Positions 30,187 to 39,877 of a DNA stretch of 64,000 nt are shown piece by piece. Below the pieces are notes generated by a model. The model saw only the letters and a program-made list of their open reading frames with translations, was not told the DNA's origin and searched no databases. The DNA is taken from positions 15,277 through 79,276 of the forward strand of contig JAFGCN010000027.1 of NCBI GenBank assembly GCA_016932615.1. The letters run 5' to 3'. The translations under genes and the position numbers were made by a program. Numbering within the stretch: the stretch's first letter is position 1; the number at the start of each line of letters is the position of its first letter. This DNA comes from Candidatus Aenigmatarchaeota archaeon. Lineage in GTDB: Archaea; Aenigmatarchaeota; Aenigmatarchaeia; QMZS01.

Positions 30187-31551
30187 ATGCCAAGGCCAGC
30201 AAAAGCTCAGCGGATAAACCATTTTGAAAACGTGGGTCTTGAGGGAGAGGTCTACTCGAAGACAAAGCTTCATGTGGCGTCCGACCTGTTCCAGTTCGAA
30301 AAAAAGCTCCCCTATGTAACTGCGCTTATAAAGACCGAGACCAAGACGATATTCGGTCTTGTCGATGAGCACAACGTCGAGATTGGTGACTGGGTTGTTT
30401 CAAGAGCCGGGCTTATTGGGGTTAATGACAGGGGTCTTAGGATTTACGGTTCTGTCTGGGAAAAGAAGCACTACTTCGAGGAGCCGCTTATGAAGCCGCC
30501 AACAACCAAAAGAGAAGCTCCCAAGTACAACTTTGTAGGCATCGAGGGATATGGAGTATATGTCCCGCGCCACCGGCTTGACCTGTCACAGCTTGGAAAA
30601 GTCTGGGGAAAGGATGCAGCCGGCTTCAAGAGTTTTCCCGGAAGCTTCGATGACCAGGCGAGCTACGCGTGCAATGCAACTCTTTCGGCAATGAGGCACG
30701 CCGGGGTAGACAAGCAGCAGGTTCGCTTTATTGAGGTCGGAAGCGAAAGCAAGGTCTATGCTGTAAAGCCGACGGCAAGCATAATCGCGGGAATGCTTAG
30801 GACAAGCAACTGCTTTGCAGCGGATAACGAGTTTGCGTGCAAAGCGGGCCTGCAGAGCTTTGTGAATGCGCATAATTTTGTCATGGCTCATGGGGGCTTT
30901 GGAATTGCAGTCGGGGCGGACTCCGCGCAGGGGGAGCCGAATGACGTGCTTGAAATGACTGCCGGGGATGGGGCTGCTGCATTCGTACTTGGAGCGGAAA
31001 GCCCTATTGCGCTTGTCGAGGGCATGACAAGCTACACGACAGACACGGCAGACTTCTGGAGAAACGAGGGGGATAGATTCCCGCAGCATGCAGGAAGGTT
31101 TTCGGGCGAGCCGGCTTATTATAAGCACGTCCTTGCTTCGGCAAAGCACTTATTCAACAAGCTAAAGCTTGAGGCGCAGGACTTTGATTTTGTAGTCTTC
31201 CACCAGCCAAACGCGAAGTTCCCGAGAATCGCAGCCACAATACTTGGCTTCAATAAGGAGCAGTTCGAGCCGGGAATTGTTTTTGACTGGATAGGAAACA
31301 CCTATTCTGCAAACTGCATGCTAGGGCTTGCAAAGGTCCTGGATATTGCAGGGCCTTACCAGAGAATACTTGTGGTTTCCTACGGGTCAGGCGCAGGAAG
31401 CGATGCCATGTCTCTTGTAACAACTCCTGAGATAGAAAAAAAGCGCGGCAGAAGGGCAAGGTCAGTAAAGAGCTGGATAGGCCAGACAGATATAGGAAAC
31501 CTCATTGTTGAGGGGTATGGAAGGTACCTTCGGAACAAAGGGCTTATCTAG
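30187..31551 (+). CDS. HMG-CoA synthase with N-terminal DUF35 OB-fold fusion
   Basis: N-terminus G.VYS.T...PYV.ALI...IGD.V......G...YG; HMGS motifs GSES..YAVKP, FACKAG, FHQPN.KFP, GNTYS, SYGSGAGSD. Confidence 0.88.
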   Translation: MPRPAKAQRINHFENVGLEGEVYSKTKLHVASDLFQFEKKLPYVTALIKTETKTIFGLVDEHNVEIGDWVVSRAGLIGVNDRGLRIYGSVWEKKHYFEEPLMKPPTTKREAPKYNFVGIEGYGVYVPRHRLDLSQLGKVWGKDAAGFKSFPGSFDDQASYACNATLSAMRHAGVDKQQVRFIEVGSESKVYAVKPTASIIAGMLRTSNCFAADNEFACKAGLQSFVNAHNFVMAHGGFGIAVGADSAQGEPNDVLEMTAGDGAAAFVLGAESPIALVEGMTSYTTDTADFWRNEGDRFPQHAGRFSGEPAYYKHVLASAKHLFNKLKLEAQDFDFVVFHQPNAKFPRIAATILGFNKEQFEPGIVFDWIGNTYSANCMLGLAKVLDIAGPYQRILVVSYGSGAGSDAMSLVTTPEIEKKRGRRARSVKSWIGQTDIGNLIVEGYGRYLRNKGLI

Positions 31552-31555
31552 AACG

Positions 31556-31939
31556 ATGTTTCAGGATTTTGTTGAAGAGCTAAAGCAGCTTAATCTTCCA
31601 ATGGGTGAATATGCGATATTTGGGAGCGGGCCGCTTGCTGTCAGGGGAGTCAGGGAGTCTCAGGACATAGACCTTGTCGTAAAGGATGGGCTCTGGCAGG
31701 AACTGTCCCAAAAATATGCTCCGGAAGGCAGGAGAATTTACGTGGGAAATGTTGAGATATATGCCGACTGGAGCCCCTGGACGGACACGGGCTTTCTGGT
31801 GGATTCTGCGGAGATTATAGAGGGCATGCCTTATGTCCGGCTTGAGTATGTGCAGGAGTGGAAAGCATACCTGAGTCGGGATAAGGATAAGGCAGACCTA
31901 AAACTGATTGAAAAGTACCTTTCAGAGGGAGGAAGGTAA
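31556..31939 (+). CDS. Small nucleotidyltransferase-like protein
   Basis: IFGSG..AVRG.R...DIDL, R.KD..D. Confidence 0.65.
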   Translation: MFQDFVEELKQLNLPMGEYAIFGSGPLAVRGVRESQDIDLVVKDGLWQELSQKYAPEGRRIYVGNVEIYADWSPWTDTGFLVDSAEIIEGMPYVRLEYVQEWKAYLSRDKDKADLKLIEKYLSEGGR

Positions 31940-31959
31940 GTATTTTTTTGGTATGGCGT

Positions 31960-34900
31960 TTAGCTTGTAACTTCCATGACGAGCACTGAACCGGAATAAA
32001 TCAGGTACTCCGAATCGCTGCTTATGTCAGCAGTAATTTTTGCCTTGTATATGAAGGGCACAGTAGTCTCATAGCCGCTACCCGATAAAGGGAGCTCTAT
32101 CGATTCAAGCGCGATGCCTTCATAATCCAAGGCCCCTACGGGGCTTTCCGTCATTCTTATTTCAAGACTGCCGCCGAAGTTTCCGGTCTGGAAGTAATGG
32201 TAGACCTTTATTTTCACTCTTTCGCCAGGGTTTATATCGGACTTTGTGACGCTAAGCGTTATGTCTTTTTCAGGATTTTTCTTTGAAAGGACCGCCGTTT
32301 CGTAGCTTGATTTTATCCTGATTCCAGACCCCTCCCAGGCACCTTCCCTGCACACATAGAGCGAGCCCTTTCTCATTGCAGTGTATCCGTTTCCGACACA
32401 GGAATTTTCAAGGGCGCATTGTCCATTGAAGCAGCATATGCTTTTTGATTCATCTATGAGGGTGGGCGAGCAAGTGTAATCTGACGTTCCGGGAAGGTTG
32501 CAGTCGCAGTCATGAAGGCACTCCGCGTTTCCGACTCCGCCTTTACCCCAGACGCCGTTCTTGCACATCCACATGCACCCGTTAAGGTCGTTTTGCCCTT
32601 CCGGGTAGCACTCTATATTTGTAGGGCCTGTGGCGTGAGCGCACTGCCCCTTAGGGCAGCAGTAAAAGCAGGTGTCGTTTTTTATGGAAGTGTCCGTTTC
32701 GTAGAAACCGGGTTTGCCGGAAGTATATCCGCTTAGCCGATAGGTCACCATCTTGTAGGTCTGGCAGGTTTTTTCTCCGGGGCTTGAAAGAGTCGAGGGG
32801 CTGTCCTCCACACAAAACGAGTTTGGATAGCAGTCGGGGCTTTCAGAGTAGCAGAATGTCTTGTCGGGGGTATAGCAGTCGACGGTAATATTATATACAT
32901 TTTCGGTTGGCTTTCCTGCAAAGCTGATTTCATATGAGCCTGTTGCCTCCTTCAGCTCAAGCTTTTGCTTTCCGTTTGACTCAGGAACGGCAGGAACTTC
33001 TTCTTTGTTTTCGCTGAGCTCATAGATGTAGTCGCTGAAGGGGCTGTTGCCGTTATCCTCATACTGCTCGTATCCCTGCATTGAATGGCTAATCTTTGAA
33101 GCTTTTATCTGTATTTCATCATCAGCGCTTGGCTGTGGAATGACGTAGGCAATGGCGTCCCTTGGCCTGTCGAAGATTATGCTGTAGCTTAAGGGAGCAT
33201 TGCTGAAGCTGCTCTTCGGTGTGTTTACTCCATTGCAAAGGTTATAGTATTTATAATAATGGTCTGCCCGGTGATTGTCACACGGGTGGCTTATTTCGGT
33301 GTAGAGGGGTATTTTTTCAGTTTCTGATTCAAGTTTATAATTGAATATGGTTTCGCCACAGCTCTGGGAGTTAGTCCACTTGCCGTTATCACACTTTAGC
33401 TTTAGCCCCCCATATAGGATTTCAGTTCCATGCCTGTAGCATCCGACAGATGAATCTTCGTTAAGCGATTCGTAGCCATCCGTTCCTAAAACCTGCTTGC
33501 AATCTTTCCAGGTCGAATCTGAGCTGTCCCAGCATAGGGTAGGGCTGTCTGGGATTTCCACATGGGCGCAGTATGAAACCGTGCTGGTGAAGTCGCTCCA
33601 GGACTCCATTCCGGGGGATATAACTACGCCATCGTCTTGGACATTGCTGATTTGCTCTGTCGGGCAGCAAAAGCTCTGCCCGCCGGCAAAGTCTGCTGCG
33701 CAGTTTCCGGATGCACAGGGGTGAGAGTCATCGATTACCGTGTCTTCGCATTCGTAGAAATCCTTTATGGCAAGATAATTGCAGTAGCAGGCTTGTTTTG
33801 AGTTGAGGTAGGCATCCCTTTCTCCAATGCAGCTGCTGTGGTCTGAGCTTCCCGTTACACTCTCACAGCGGTAAGTTTTGCCTACGCTTGTCGGGCTGTC
33901 CCGGGGGTCAGCAATCATCGTGTACTTCTCGTTGTATATGAAATCTTCCTCGTCGGAGGCCTGCTCTTCTACCGGAACGCAGCAGTATTCGCCGTCAGGG
34001 CAAAGGGAGCCCTTCACTACTCCCCCATTTTTAACCACGGAAATTTTCCAGGAATATCTATTTGGATAATCACCGTAGTCAAGAAGGGGCTGGTTGCAGT
34101 ACTGCCAGTTGTTTACGGATAAGCTTGTTCTCTTGTACCAGGGTATGCTGGAGTCCACTTCCATACAGGTGCCACCTATGTCAGAGCAGGTTTTGGACTC
34201 ATCGATTGTACACTTGACTCCTGCCGGGCACATATTTGTGCCAACCCCTCTGGAAATAAAAAGCTGCTTTCCGCTTCCCCCGCACTCTCCGCCAAGCTTT
34301 ACTTCACAGAAGGCCTCATCGGGGTTGCTGTCCTGCATGTCTTTATAGTTCTGGCTTTGGTCGCTGCATCCTGCAAACCCGTCATAAACAGGGGCGTTAT
34401 CCATGCACCAGCCCTTGCAAAGTTCGTCCTCACACAGGCAGCCTGTTGAGCCGTCTTCTCCGCCGGGGCAGCCGGTGAAGTAGCGGGTGAGAAAGGAGCC
34501 GTCATGGTAGTAGTGACCCTCTGGATCGCCGCTGGGGAAGTGGTCCAGGCTAGAACTGTAGCCGCATCTATCCGTGCAGGTTACTTTTTTATTTGCATTG
34601 TCGTCTATGCACGTTTGCCATGGCTGGCAGTCTTTTACTGAGGAACTTCCCTCAGTCATTGCTGCTATTTTGCATAAATTGTCGCACCCGTCCTCACAGT
34701 AATAGAAATAGAGTTTGGTTTTATAGTCCGTGAACTTACTCATTGTCTCAAGGTAGTTTTTTGGGTCATAGGAGATCAGCTGGCTTTCCGTCCCACTAGA
34801 GTACCAGACCTCTTTGGCTTCAGAATAGGTTGGGTTTCCATCAGTACATTGGTCATCGAAGGGTGTGCAGTCAAACGTCCTGCTAAGACTGTCGCAATAG

Positions 34901-35016
34901 TTACAATCTCCTTCACAGTGAAACCCTTCAGAGTCGTCTTCACAGTGCGCTGTCGGGGCTATTAAGGTCAGGGTTATGAACAGTACAATCAAAGGTAAAA
35001 CTATCTCACTTCTCAT
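31960..35016 (-). CDS. Large secreted Cys-rich surface protein
   Basis: Signal peptide (MRSEIVLPLIVLF), dozens of Cys, repeated C...GG.C...CP...CC and CCP..QCA modules. Confidence 0.75.
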   Translation of the reverse strand: MRSEIVLPLIVLFITLTLIAPTAHCEDDSEGFHCEGDCNYCDSLSRTFDCTPFDDQCTDGNPTYSEAKEVWYSSGTESQLISYDPKNYLETMSKFTDYKTKLYFYYCEDGCDNLCKIAAMTEGSSSVKDCQPWQTCIDDNANKKVTCTDRCGYSSSLDHFPSGDPEGHYYHDGSFLTRYFTGCPGGEDGSTGCLCEDELCKGWCMDNAPVYDGFAGCSDQSQNYKDMQDSNPDEAFCEVKLGGECGGSGKQLFISRGVGTNMCPAGVKCTIDESKTCSDIGGTCMEVDSSIPWYKRTSLSVNNWQYCNQPLLDYGDYPNRYSWKISVVKNGGVVKGSLCPDGEYCCVPVEEQASDEEDFIYNEKYTMIADPRDSPTSVGKTYRCESVTGSSDHSSCIGERDAYLNSKQACYCNYLAIKDFYECEDTVIDDSHPCASGNCAADFAGGQSFCCPTEQISNVQDDGVVISPGMESWSDFTSTVSYCAHVEIPDSPTLCWDSSDSTWKDCKQVLGTDGYESLNEDSSVGCYRHGTEILYGGLKLKCDNGKWTNSQSCGETIFNYKLESETEKIPLYTEISHPCDNHRADHYYKYYNLCNGVNTPKSSFSNAPLSYSIIFDRPRDAIAYVIPQPSADDEIQIKASKISHSMQGYEQYEDNGNSPFSDYIYELSENKEEVPAVPESNGKQKLELKEATGSYEISFAGKPTENVYNITVDCYTPDKTFCYSESPDCYPNSFCVEDSPSTLSSPGEKTCQTYKMVTYRLSGYTSGKPGFYETDTSIKNDTCFYCCPKGQCAHATGPTNIECYPEGQNDLNGCMWMCKNGVWGKGGVGNAECLHDCDCNLPGTSDYTCSPTLIDESKSICCFNGQCALENSCVGNGYTAMRKGSLYVCREGAWEGSGIRIKSSYETAVLSKKNPEKDITLSVTKSDINPGERVKIKVYHYFQTGNFGGSLEIRMTESPVGALDYEGIALESIELPLSGSGYETTVPFIYKAKITADISSDSEYLIYSGSVLVMEVTS

Positions 35017-35350
35017 ACTCCTTAAGCTTCCCCTCAAGTTTTTCGACACCCTCATTTTCCTTGACTTTAGCTTCTTCAGTCTTTATCTCCTCGACAATTT
35101 TCTCAAGCTCTATTTCGACCTTTGCTGCCATGTCTTTTTTTGCCCAGCGGTTCATCCCTTCCTCTTCTTCAAGGGTCCTGATTTTCTGCTCGGCCACGTC
35201 GAGTTTCTGTAGAAGGTCTTTCTTTGAGGCATACCCTTTCTTGTCGACTTTTTCCCGGAGGCGGTCCCATTTTTTCCGAAGTCTACTTATTCTCCTCCTG
35301 AAGGCGCCTTCAGAGTTGAACATGCAGAGTACCGATGAGAGGAAACCCAT
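35006..35350 (-). CDS. Small coiled-coil hypothetical protein
   Basis: Charged helical ORF. Confidence 0.6.
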   Translation of the reverse strand: MGFLSSVLCMFNSEGAFRRRISRLRKKWDRLREKVDKKGYASKKDLLQKLDVAEQKIRTLEEEEGMNRWAKKDMAAKVEIELEKIVEEIKTEEAKVKENEGVEKLEGKLKEYEK

Positions 35351-35410
35351 AAATATAGCAATATAGAATCTATTTGGCTTTTCTCTTATAGATTAGTTAG
35401 CTATACTTTT

Positions 35411-37663
35411 ATGGCTCATTTGAAGGGCATGGACACCTGGATTTGGCTTGTCGGAGGAATTATCGTTACAATCCTTTCCATGTTTCTGTTCTTAAACCTT
35501 TTTGCGAGCATCAATCTTCAAAGCCACACACAGGCCTCAGTTGAGACCTCTGGAAACCTTGCTTCTGACATAAACCGGCTTTGCTCGATGAAGGAGGGCG
35601 AGGCGATGAACCGGGAAATGAAGTTCTCGACCATTGTAACAGAGTTTTATGCTTCACATAATGGCTCTATTGAAATTGATTCCGGGAGGACATACGGGCA
35701 GCTTTTGTGCGTAAATATATCCGGGAAAAGCTCCTGCAGCGAGCTTGACTGCCCCCTTGAGATTTCGACGATAATAACAGAGAAGAAAATCCTCTCCCTC
35801 ATCGACAAAATGCGAGGCGACATAAGCTACAGGGACTATTCCGTGGAAGCAGTAAGGACTTCCTGTGGGGTGTCAGTACTTTTGAAAGGTGAGCGGTCTG
35901 GCTGCATCTGCGGGCTCGGGGAGTTTGATACCCCGGTTTACTGCGACTATAACGGTCACCAGCCCATAGTTATTTCCAAGGATCACTCGGTTGTCCTTGC
36001 CGATACCGAGCCATGGCTTTCTCCAGATGAAGACTCACTTCAGCTCTTCTCTAACATTGCCGGATACCTTGGCGGAAATTCAATTCTCATCCTTTATGAT
36101 GATGATTCAGTTGACCCTGCCCTGACCCAGGCGTCTCAGGTAATAGATCAGGTAATCTCTGAAGGGTATAGCGTAGACTCTGTGCTCCATGAAGCCGCTG
36201 TTGACTTTTCAGCGTATGACCAGGTCTGGCTAGTCACACCTGGATTTTGCGAGCTTTCTTCGAGGAACTGCAGCCAGCATTACCGGTGGAGCGTTAATGA
36301 GGAAAAGCGGCTTATCGAATATGCGGATTCCGGAGGCAAAATTTTGCTTGTCACCGATTCTGGTCTTGTAAATGGGGTTTATGGCCAGATGGGGCTTGAC
36401 TTAATAAACTCCCTCCTGATTGAGCTGGGCTATCCTCTTGAGCAGTTGCCGAGTTGTGTCTGCGGCTGTGAAGGAAGGCCGACTAACCAGACCGTTCTTG
36501 AAGCGGGCGGCATTGGCGATGGGCTTAGCGTTCTTAACGTGCTTGGCGCGGCTGTCTTCAGGGAGACTTGCATATATGACCCGAAGGAAAGCGGAGGCGA
36601 TTCCGGCGTTGGTGGGTGCGGCTCTGACAGGCTATGTTACCCGAACTGCCCTTCGGGAGACCCCGACTGTTCCTGCATAGAGCAAAATGGCTTTGTCTGC
36701 GACGAGGAAAAGGACTGCCCTGGAACAAAGCTAAAGCATGCCGGCGGGCGTACCTGCTGCTCTGAGCAATGTTCCGCTTCAGGCCCGCAGGTCTGCCAGA
36801 ATACAAGCGATGTTCCGGAAGGGGGCCTGTGCGTTTGCACAGGGCAGTGCCAGCCCGGCCTGTCTTGCGGGGATAAGAAGCGCTGCTGCCCTGCTGGAGC
36901 CGAATGGAACGGTTCTAAATGCTCAAAATCCGAAATCTGCTCGAGTTCTATTTCAAAGTGCTATGGCCAGGGCCATTGGGAGCATTATGGCTCACGGAAT
37001 TTTTTCAGTAATGTGGGCCGCGCCTGCGAATGCAAAATATATTCTGGCATGACAACGCCAGCGCCGCAGTCTCAGCGGTGCTATGGCTGCGATTATGTTG
37101 AAGTCTGCCAGTCCAGCGTGGTCAAGCCCATTGCAGAGGAAATCATAAATTGCTGCAATTCAAAATGCACTGATAGCGGAGGGCATGGAAGCTGCATGAA
37201 GTATTGTTCCAATGCAGTCCAGAATTCAGGGCTTTCCTCGACAGAAACTGACGACACACTGAAGAAATGCTATGGCCTTTACGCAATATATGGGATGGGC
37301 CCTGGCGCCAAATGGACAAGGGGATACATGCTCCATATAGAGGCGCCTGCTTCGGTCATGTTTAGCGGCGGAACATGGATGTGCAGCGGGTATTCCCTGA
37401 TGCTCACCACGCTTTTGAGAAGCGTGGGCTACACGACTTCAGAGGCATATTCAATTTCTTCAGATGACCATGCATACAACCTGGTGAAATTTCCTGGCGA
37501 CACGAAATATACTCTTGCAGACACGGTTAATAATCGCCCCAGTCCTGTTAGGCTGGGGTCTGTTCCGGGCGGATACCTTCACTGCAGCTATATCTCCAAC
37601 ACCTGCGGCAATGATGCCGGGATGTTCACATGCCCTTCAAGGGGCAATGTTTATGGGTGCTGA
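35411..37663 (+). CDS. Prepilin-like leader, Cys-rich protein with C-terminal transglutaminase-like domain
   Basis: LKG|MDTWIW hydrophobic leader; MCSGYS.MLTTLLRSVG...DHAYN...LAD (Cys-His-Asp). Confidence 0.7.
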   Translation: MAHLKGMDTWIWLVGGIIVTILSMFLFLNLFASINLQSHTQASVETSGNLASDINRLCSMKEGEAMNREMKFSTIVTEFYASHNGSIEIDSGRTYGQLLCVNISGKSSCSELDCPLEISTIITEKKILSLIDKMRGDISYRDYSVEAVRTSCGVSVLLKGERSGCICGLGEFDTPVYCDYNGHQPIVISKDHSVVLADTEPWLSPDEDSLQLFSNIAGYLGGNSILILYDDDSVDPALTQASQVIDQVISEGYSVDSVLHEAAVDFSAYDQVWLVTPGFCELSSRNCSQHYRWSVNEEKRLIEYADSGGKILLVTDSGLVNGVYGQMGLDLINSLLIELGYPLEQLPSCVCGCEGRPTNQTVLEAGGIGDGLSVLNVLGAAVFRETCIYDPKESGGDSGVGGCGSDRLCYPNCPSGDPDCSCIEQNGFVCDEEKDCPGTKLKHAGGRTCCSEQCSASGPQVCQNTSDVPEGGLCVCTGQCQPGLSCGDKKRCCPAGAEWNGSKCSKSEICSSSISKCYGQGHWEHYGSRNFFSNVGRACECKIYSGMTTPAPQSQRCYGCDYVEVCQSSVVKPIAEEIINCCNSKCTDSGGHGSCMKYCSNAVQNSGLSSTETDDTLKKCYGLYAIYGMGPGAKWTRGYMLHIEAPASVMFSGGTWMCSGYSLMLTTLLRSVGYTTSEAYSISSDDHAYNLVKFPGDTKYTLADTVNNRPSPVRLGSVPGGYLHCSYISNTCGNDAGMFTCPSRGNVYGC

Positions 37664-37691
37664 GGATATTAGTTAAAGATAAGCTAATATT

Positions 37692-38558
37692 ATGCATTGC
37701 AAAGATGCTTTCAAGGTAAGGGTCTTTTGCGCCCTGGTTTTTTGCCTTATCCTGGCCCCCATTTCTTTTGCTGAAAGTGTTCATGTCTACCGAGACTTTC
37801 CTGGCGAAGCCCGGATTGGCTCTGTGATTCAGATAAACCTGACCGTGGAAAATTTAGGGGCTTCTGTTATAGAAGCAACCATTCAGGAAAACGTGGGTGA
37901 CTATACTGTTATTGAGCCCACGCCAGTGTCTTATGTAGGCACTCCTGGAATTATTGGGTTTAGGCTGCCTTATTTTGAATGGAATGTTACGGTTGGCCCT
38001 ATGCAGAATGAAACAGTCTATTACCGTGTAAACCTTACCTCTCCCGGGGAGGTGCTGCTTTCTCCTGCAACTGTCATTGTCGGGGACGAATATATTTATT
38101 CGGATTCGGGAAGTATCAGCGTTATTTGCAATCAGAATGGGGACTGCGAGTCCCTTTTGAATGAGAACTGTTTCAACTGTCCTGAAGACTGCCCTACAGG
38201 CGCCAGTGACGGAATATGTGACCTTGTAGCGGACGGCAGATGCGACCCTGATTGCGAAGAGGGATCCGACGAGGATTGCCCGTATTGTGGGGATGGTATT
38301 TGCAGCCCGAAAGAAGATGAGTCAACTTGCCCTGGGGACTGCCGGGTAGATAGGCCACAGGATCCGGAGGAATCAGGAGATACAGAGTCGCCTGGTTCGG
38401 AAGGAATGGATTATGGCCTTATCCTGGGCATTGTTTTTGCCTTAGCCATTCTCATTTTAATTGCAGTTTACCTTAAGAGGCGAGCCTCCAAAACTTCTGA
38501 GATTCCTCCTGAAGCGCCTGCACAAAGCCAACCTATTTACCCGGAATATCCTCAATAG
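37692..38558 (+). CDS. Secreted Ig-like + Cys-rich repeat protein with C-terminal TM anchor
   Basis: Signal peptide; C..NG.CE..ENC..CP.DC and CGDGIC...E....CP.DC; C-terminal TM. Confidence 0.75.
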   Translation: MHCKDAFKVRVFCALVFCLILAPISFAESVHVYRDFPGEARIGSVIQINLTVENLGASVIEATIQENVGDYTVIEPTPVSYVGTPGIIGFRLPYFEWNVTVGPMQNETVYYRVNLTSPGEVLLSPATVIVGDEYIYSDSGSISVICNQNGDCESLLNENCFNCPEDCPTGASDGICDLVADGRCDPDCEEGSDEDCPYCGDGICSPKEDESTCPGDCRVDRPQDPEESGDTESPGSEGMDYGLILGIVFALAILILIAVYLKRRASKTSEIPPEAPAQSQPIYPEYPQ

Positions 38559-38623
38559 GCCTCTGGTCTTCGCTTTGAAGACTCAAGCCGCTTTTTCAAA
38601 CCTCCCTCTTGTTAACTTGCAGA

Positions 38624-39307
38624 TTAATTTGTGCTTTCAACAACTGTTCCGTTTTCAAGCACGATTGCTGGCTCAACCCCCTCTTGGCTTTTCAGGGATA
38701 CGAATACTTCAATGCCGACTTCGTTTTGGTAGGTTACTGTTGTGTTCGTTATCGTGAAGTTTGAGAGGGCCATGCCTTTTGCGGAGTAGTGGGCATCTAG
38801 GACTTCGCCAATCCGCATTTCCGAAAGGGTGAATGCCTTCTCTACGCAGGAGTCAGCAGCGCTGTCGTAAACCTGGCCTTGCCAGCACCCGCAGTCCTTG
38901 TTGCAGTTGTTTGGGTCTTCAAAATATTCGCATTCTCCGTTTCCGCAGATTGGAGATACGCAGGATTTTTTCTCAAGCGAGCAGTACTCTCCCTGCCGGC
39001 AGGTGCAGTCTTCCCTGTCGTCAAGGCAGTTTTCTCCGGATTCACAGACCCCGTTATTTTTGACGCTCTGCAGTTTTTCCGTTTTTTCACTATTCTCCTG
39101 GGGGATGTCTTTATTGTCATCAAGATTTTCACCACTTCCTCCAAATAGGTAGCTGCTTAGAAATGCAATCGAAACAATTACGATGATGATTCCAATCACG
39201 GCCAGAAGGTATTTCTTCCGGCTTGTGGAATAGTTTTTCTGGTTTTCCTCCGGGGGTGGGCTTTGGGGCGGCGGATCCTGAGGGACAATTGGATATATTT
39301 CATCCAT
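38624..39307 (-). CDS. Membrane-anchored Cys-rich repeat protein
   Basis: N-terminal TM; NGVCESGENC..DC, CGNGECE..E...C..DC. Confidence 0.72.
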   Translation of the reverse strand: MDEIYPIVPQDPPPQSPPPEENQKNYSTSRKKYLLAVIGIIIVIVSIAFLSSYLFGGSGENLDDNKDIPQENSEKTEKLQSVKNNGVCESGENCLDDREDCTCRQGEYCSLEKKSCVSPICGNGECEYFEDPNNCNKDCGCWQGQVYDSAADSCVEKAFTLSEMRIGEVLDAHYSAKGMALSNFTITNTTVTYQNEVGIEVFVSLKSQEGVEPAIVLENGTVVESTN

Positions 39308-39337
39308 AACTTACTATTGGAAGTATTAAACTAGATT

Positions 39338-39877
39338 ATGGTGGAGCAAAAGCCCTTTGAAAATTATCCCTGCCGGACTTTGGCGCTTTCCAATTTGCTG
39401 ACACTTTCGATTTACTTTCTGGGCGGATACATTCTCTACCAGTTTGGTGCCCTGTGGCTTGGGCTTTACCTCCTTTATGCCCTTGCCCTTGAATTCCGGG
39501 TGATGAAAAACAGTTGCGTGAGCTGCCACTACTATGGCAAAACCTGCGCCTTTGGGAAGGGAAAACTCGCCGCATTGTTTTTCAAAAAGGGAAGCCCCGG
39601 CAAATTCGCCAAAAGGGAAATTTCCCCGAAGGACCTAATTCCTGAGCTTCTCGCGTCACTCGTTCCGTTAATTGCAGGCCTCGGGCTTTTAATATTCAGT
39701 TTCAGCTGGGCGGTGCTGGCTTCTGTTGTCCTGCTGGCAGTTCTTACTTCTGCTGGGAACGGCTTTGTCCGGGGAAAACTTGCCTGCAGGTTCTGCAGGC
39801 AGAGAGAACTTGGCTGCCCTGCCGAGAGGATGTTTAGGAAGGGCAGAAAGTTGGGTCGAGCGTTAGCGAGCCGCTAA
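39338..39877 (+). CDS. 4-TM membrane protein with paired Cys clusters
   Basis: CxxCxYYGKxC and CxxCxQRxxGC. Confidence 0.7.
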   Translation: MVEQKPFENYPCRTLALSNLLTLSIYFLGGYILYQFGALWLGLYLLYALALEFRVMKNSCVSCHYYGKTCAFGKGKLAALFFKKGSPGKFAKREISPKDLIPELLASLVPLIAGLGLLIFSFSWAVLASVVLLAVLTSAGNGFVRGKLACRFCRQRELGCPAERMFRKGRKLGRALASR

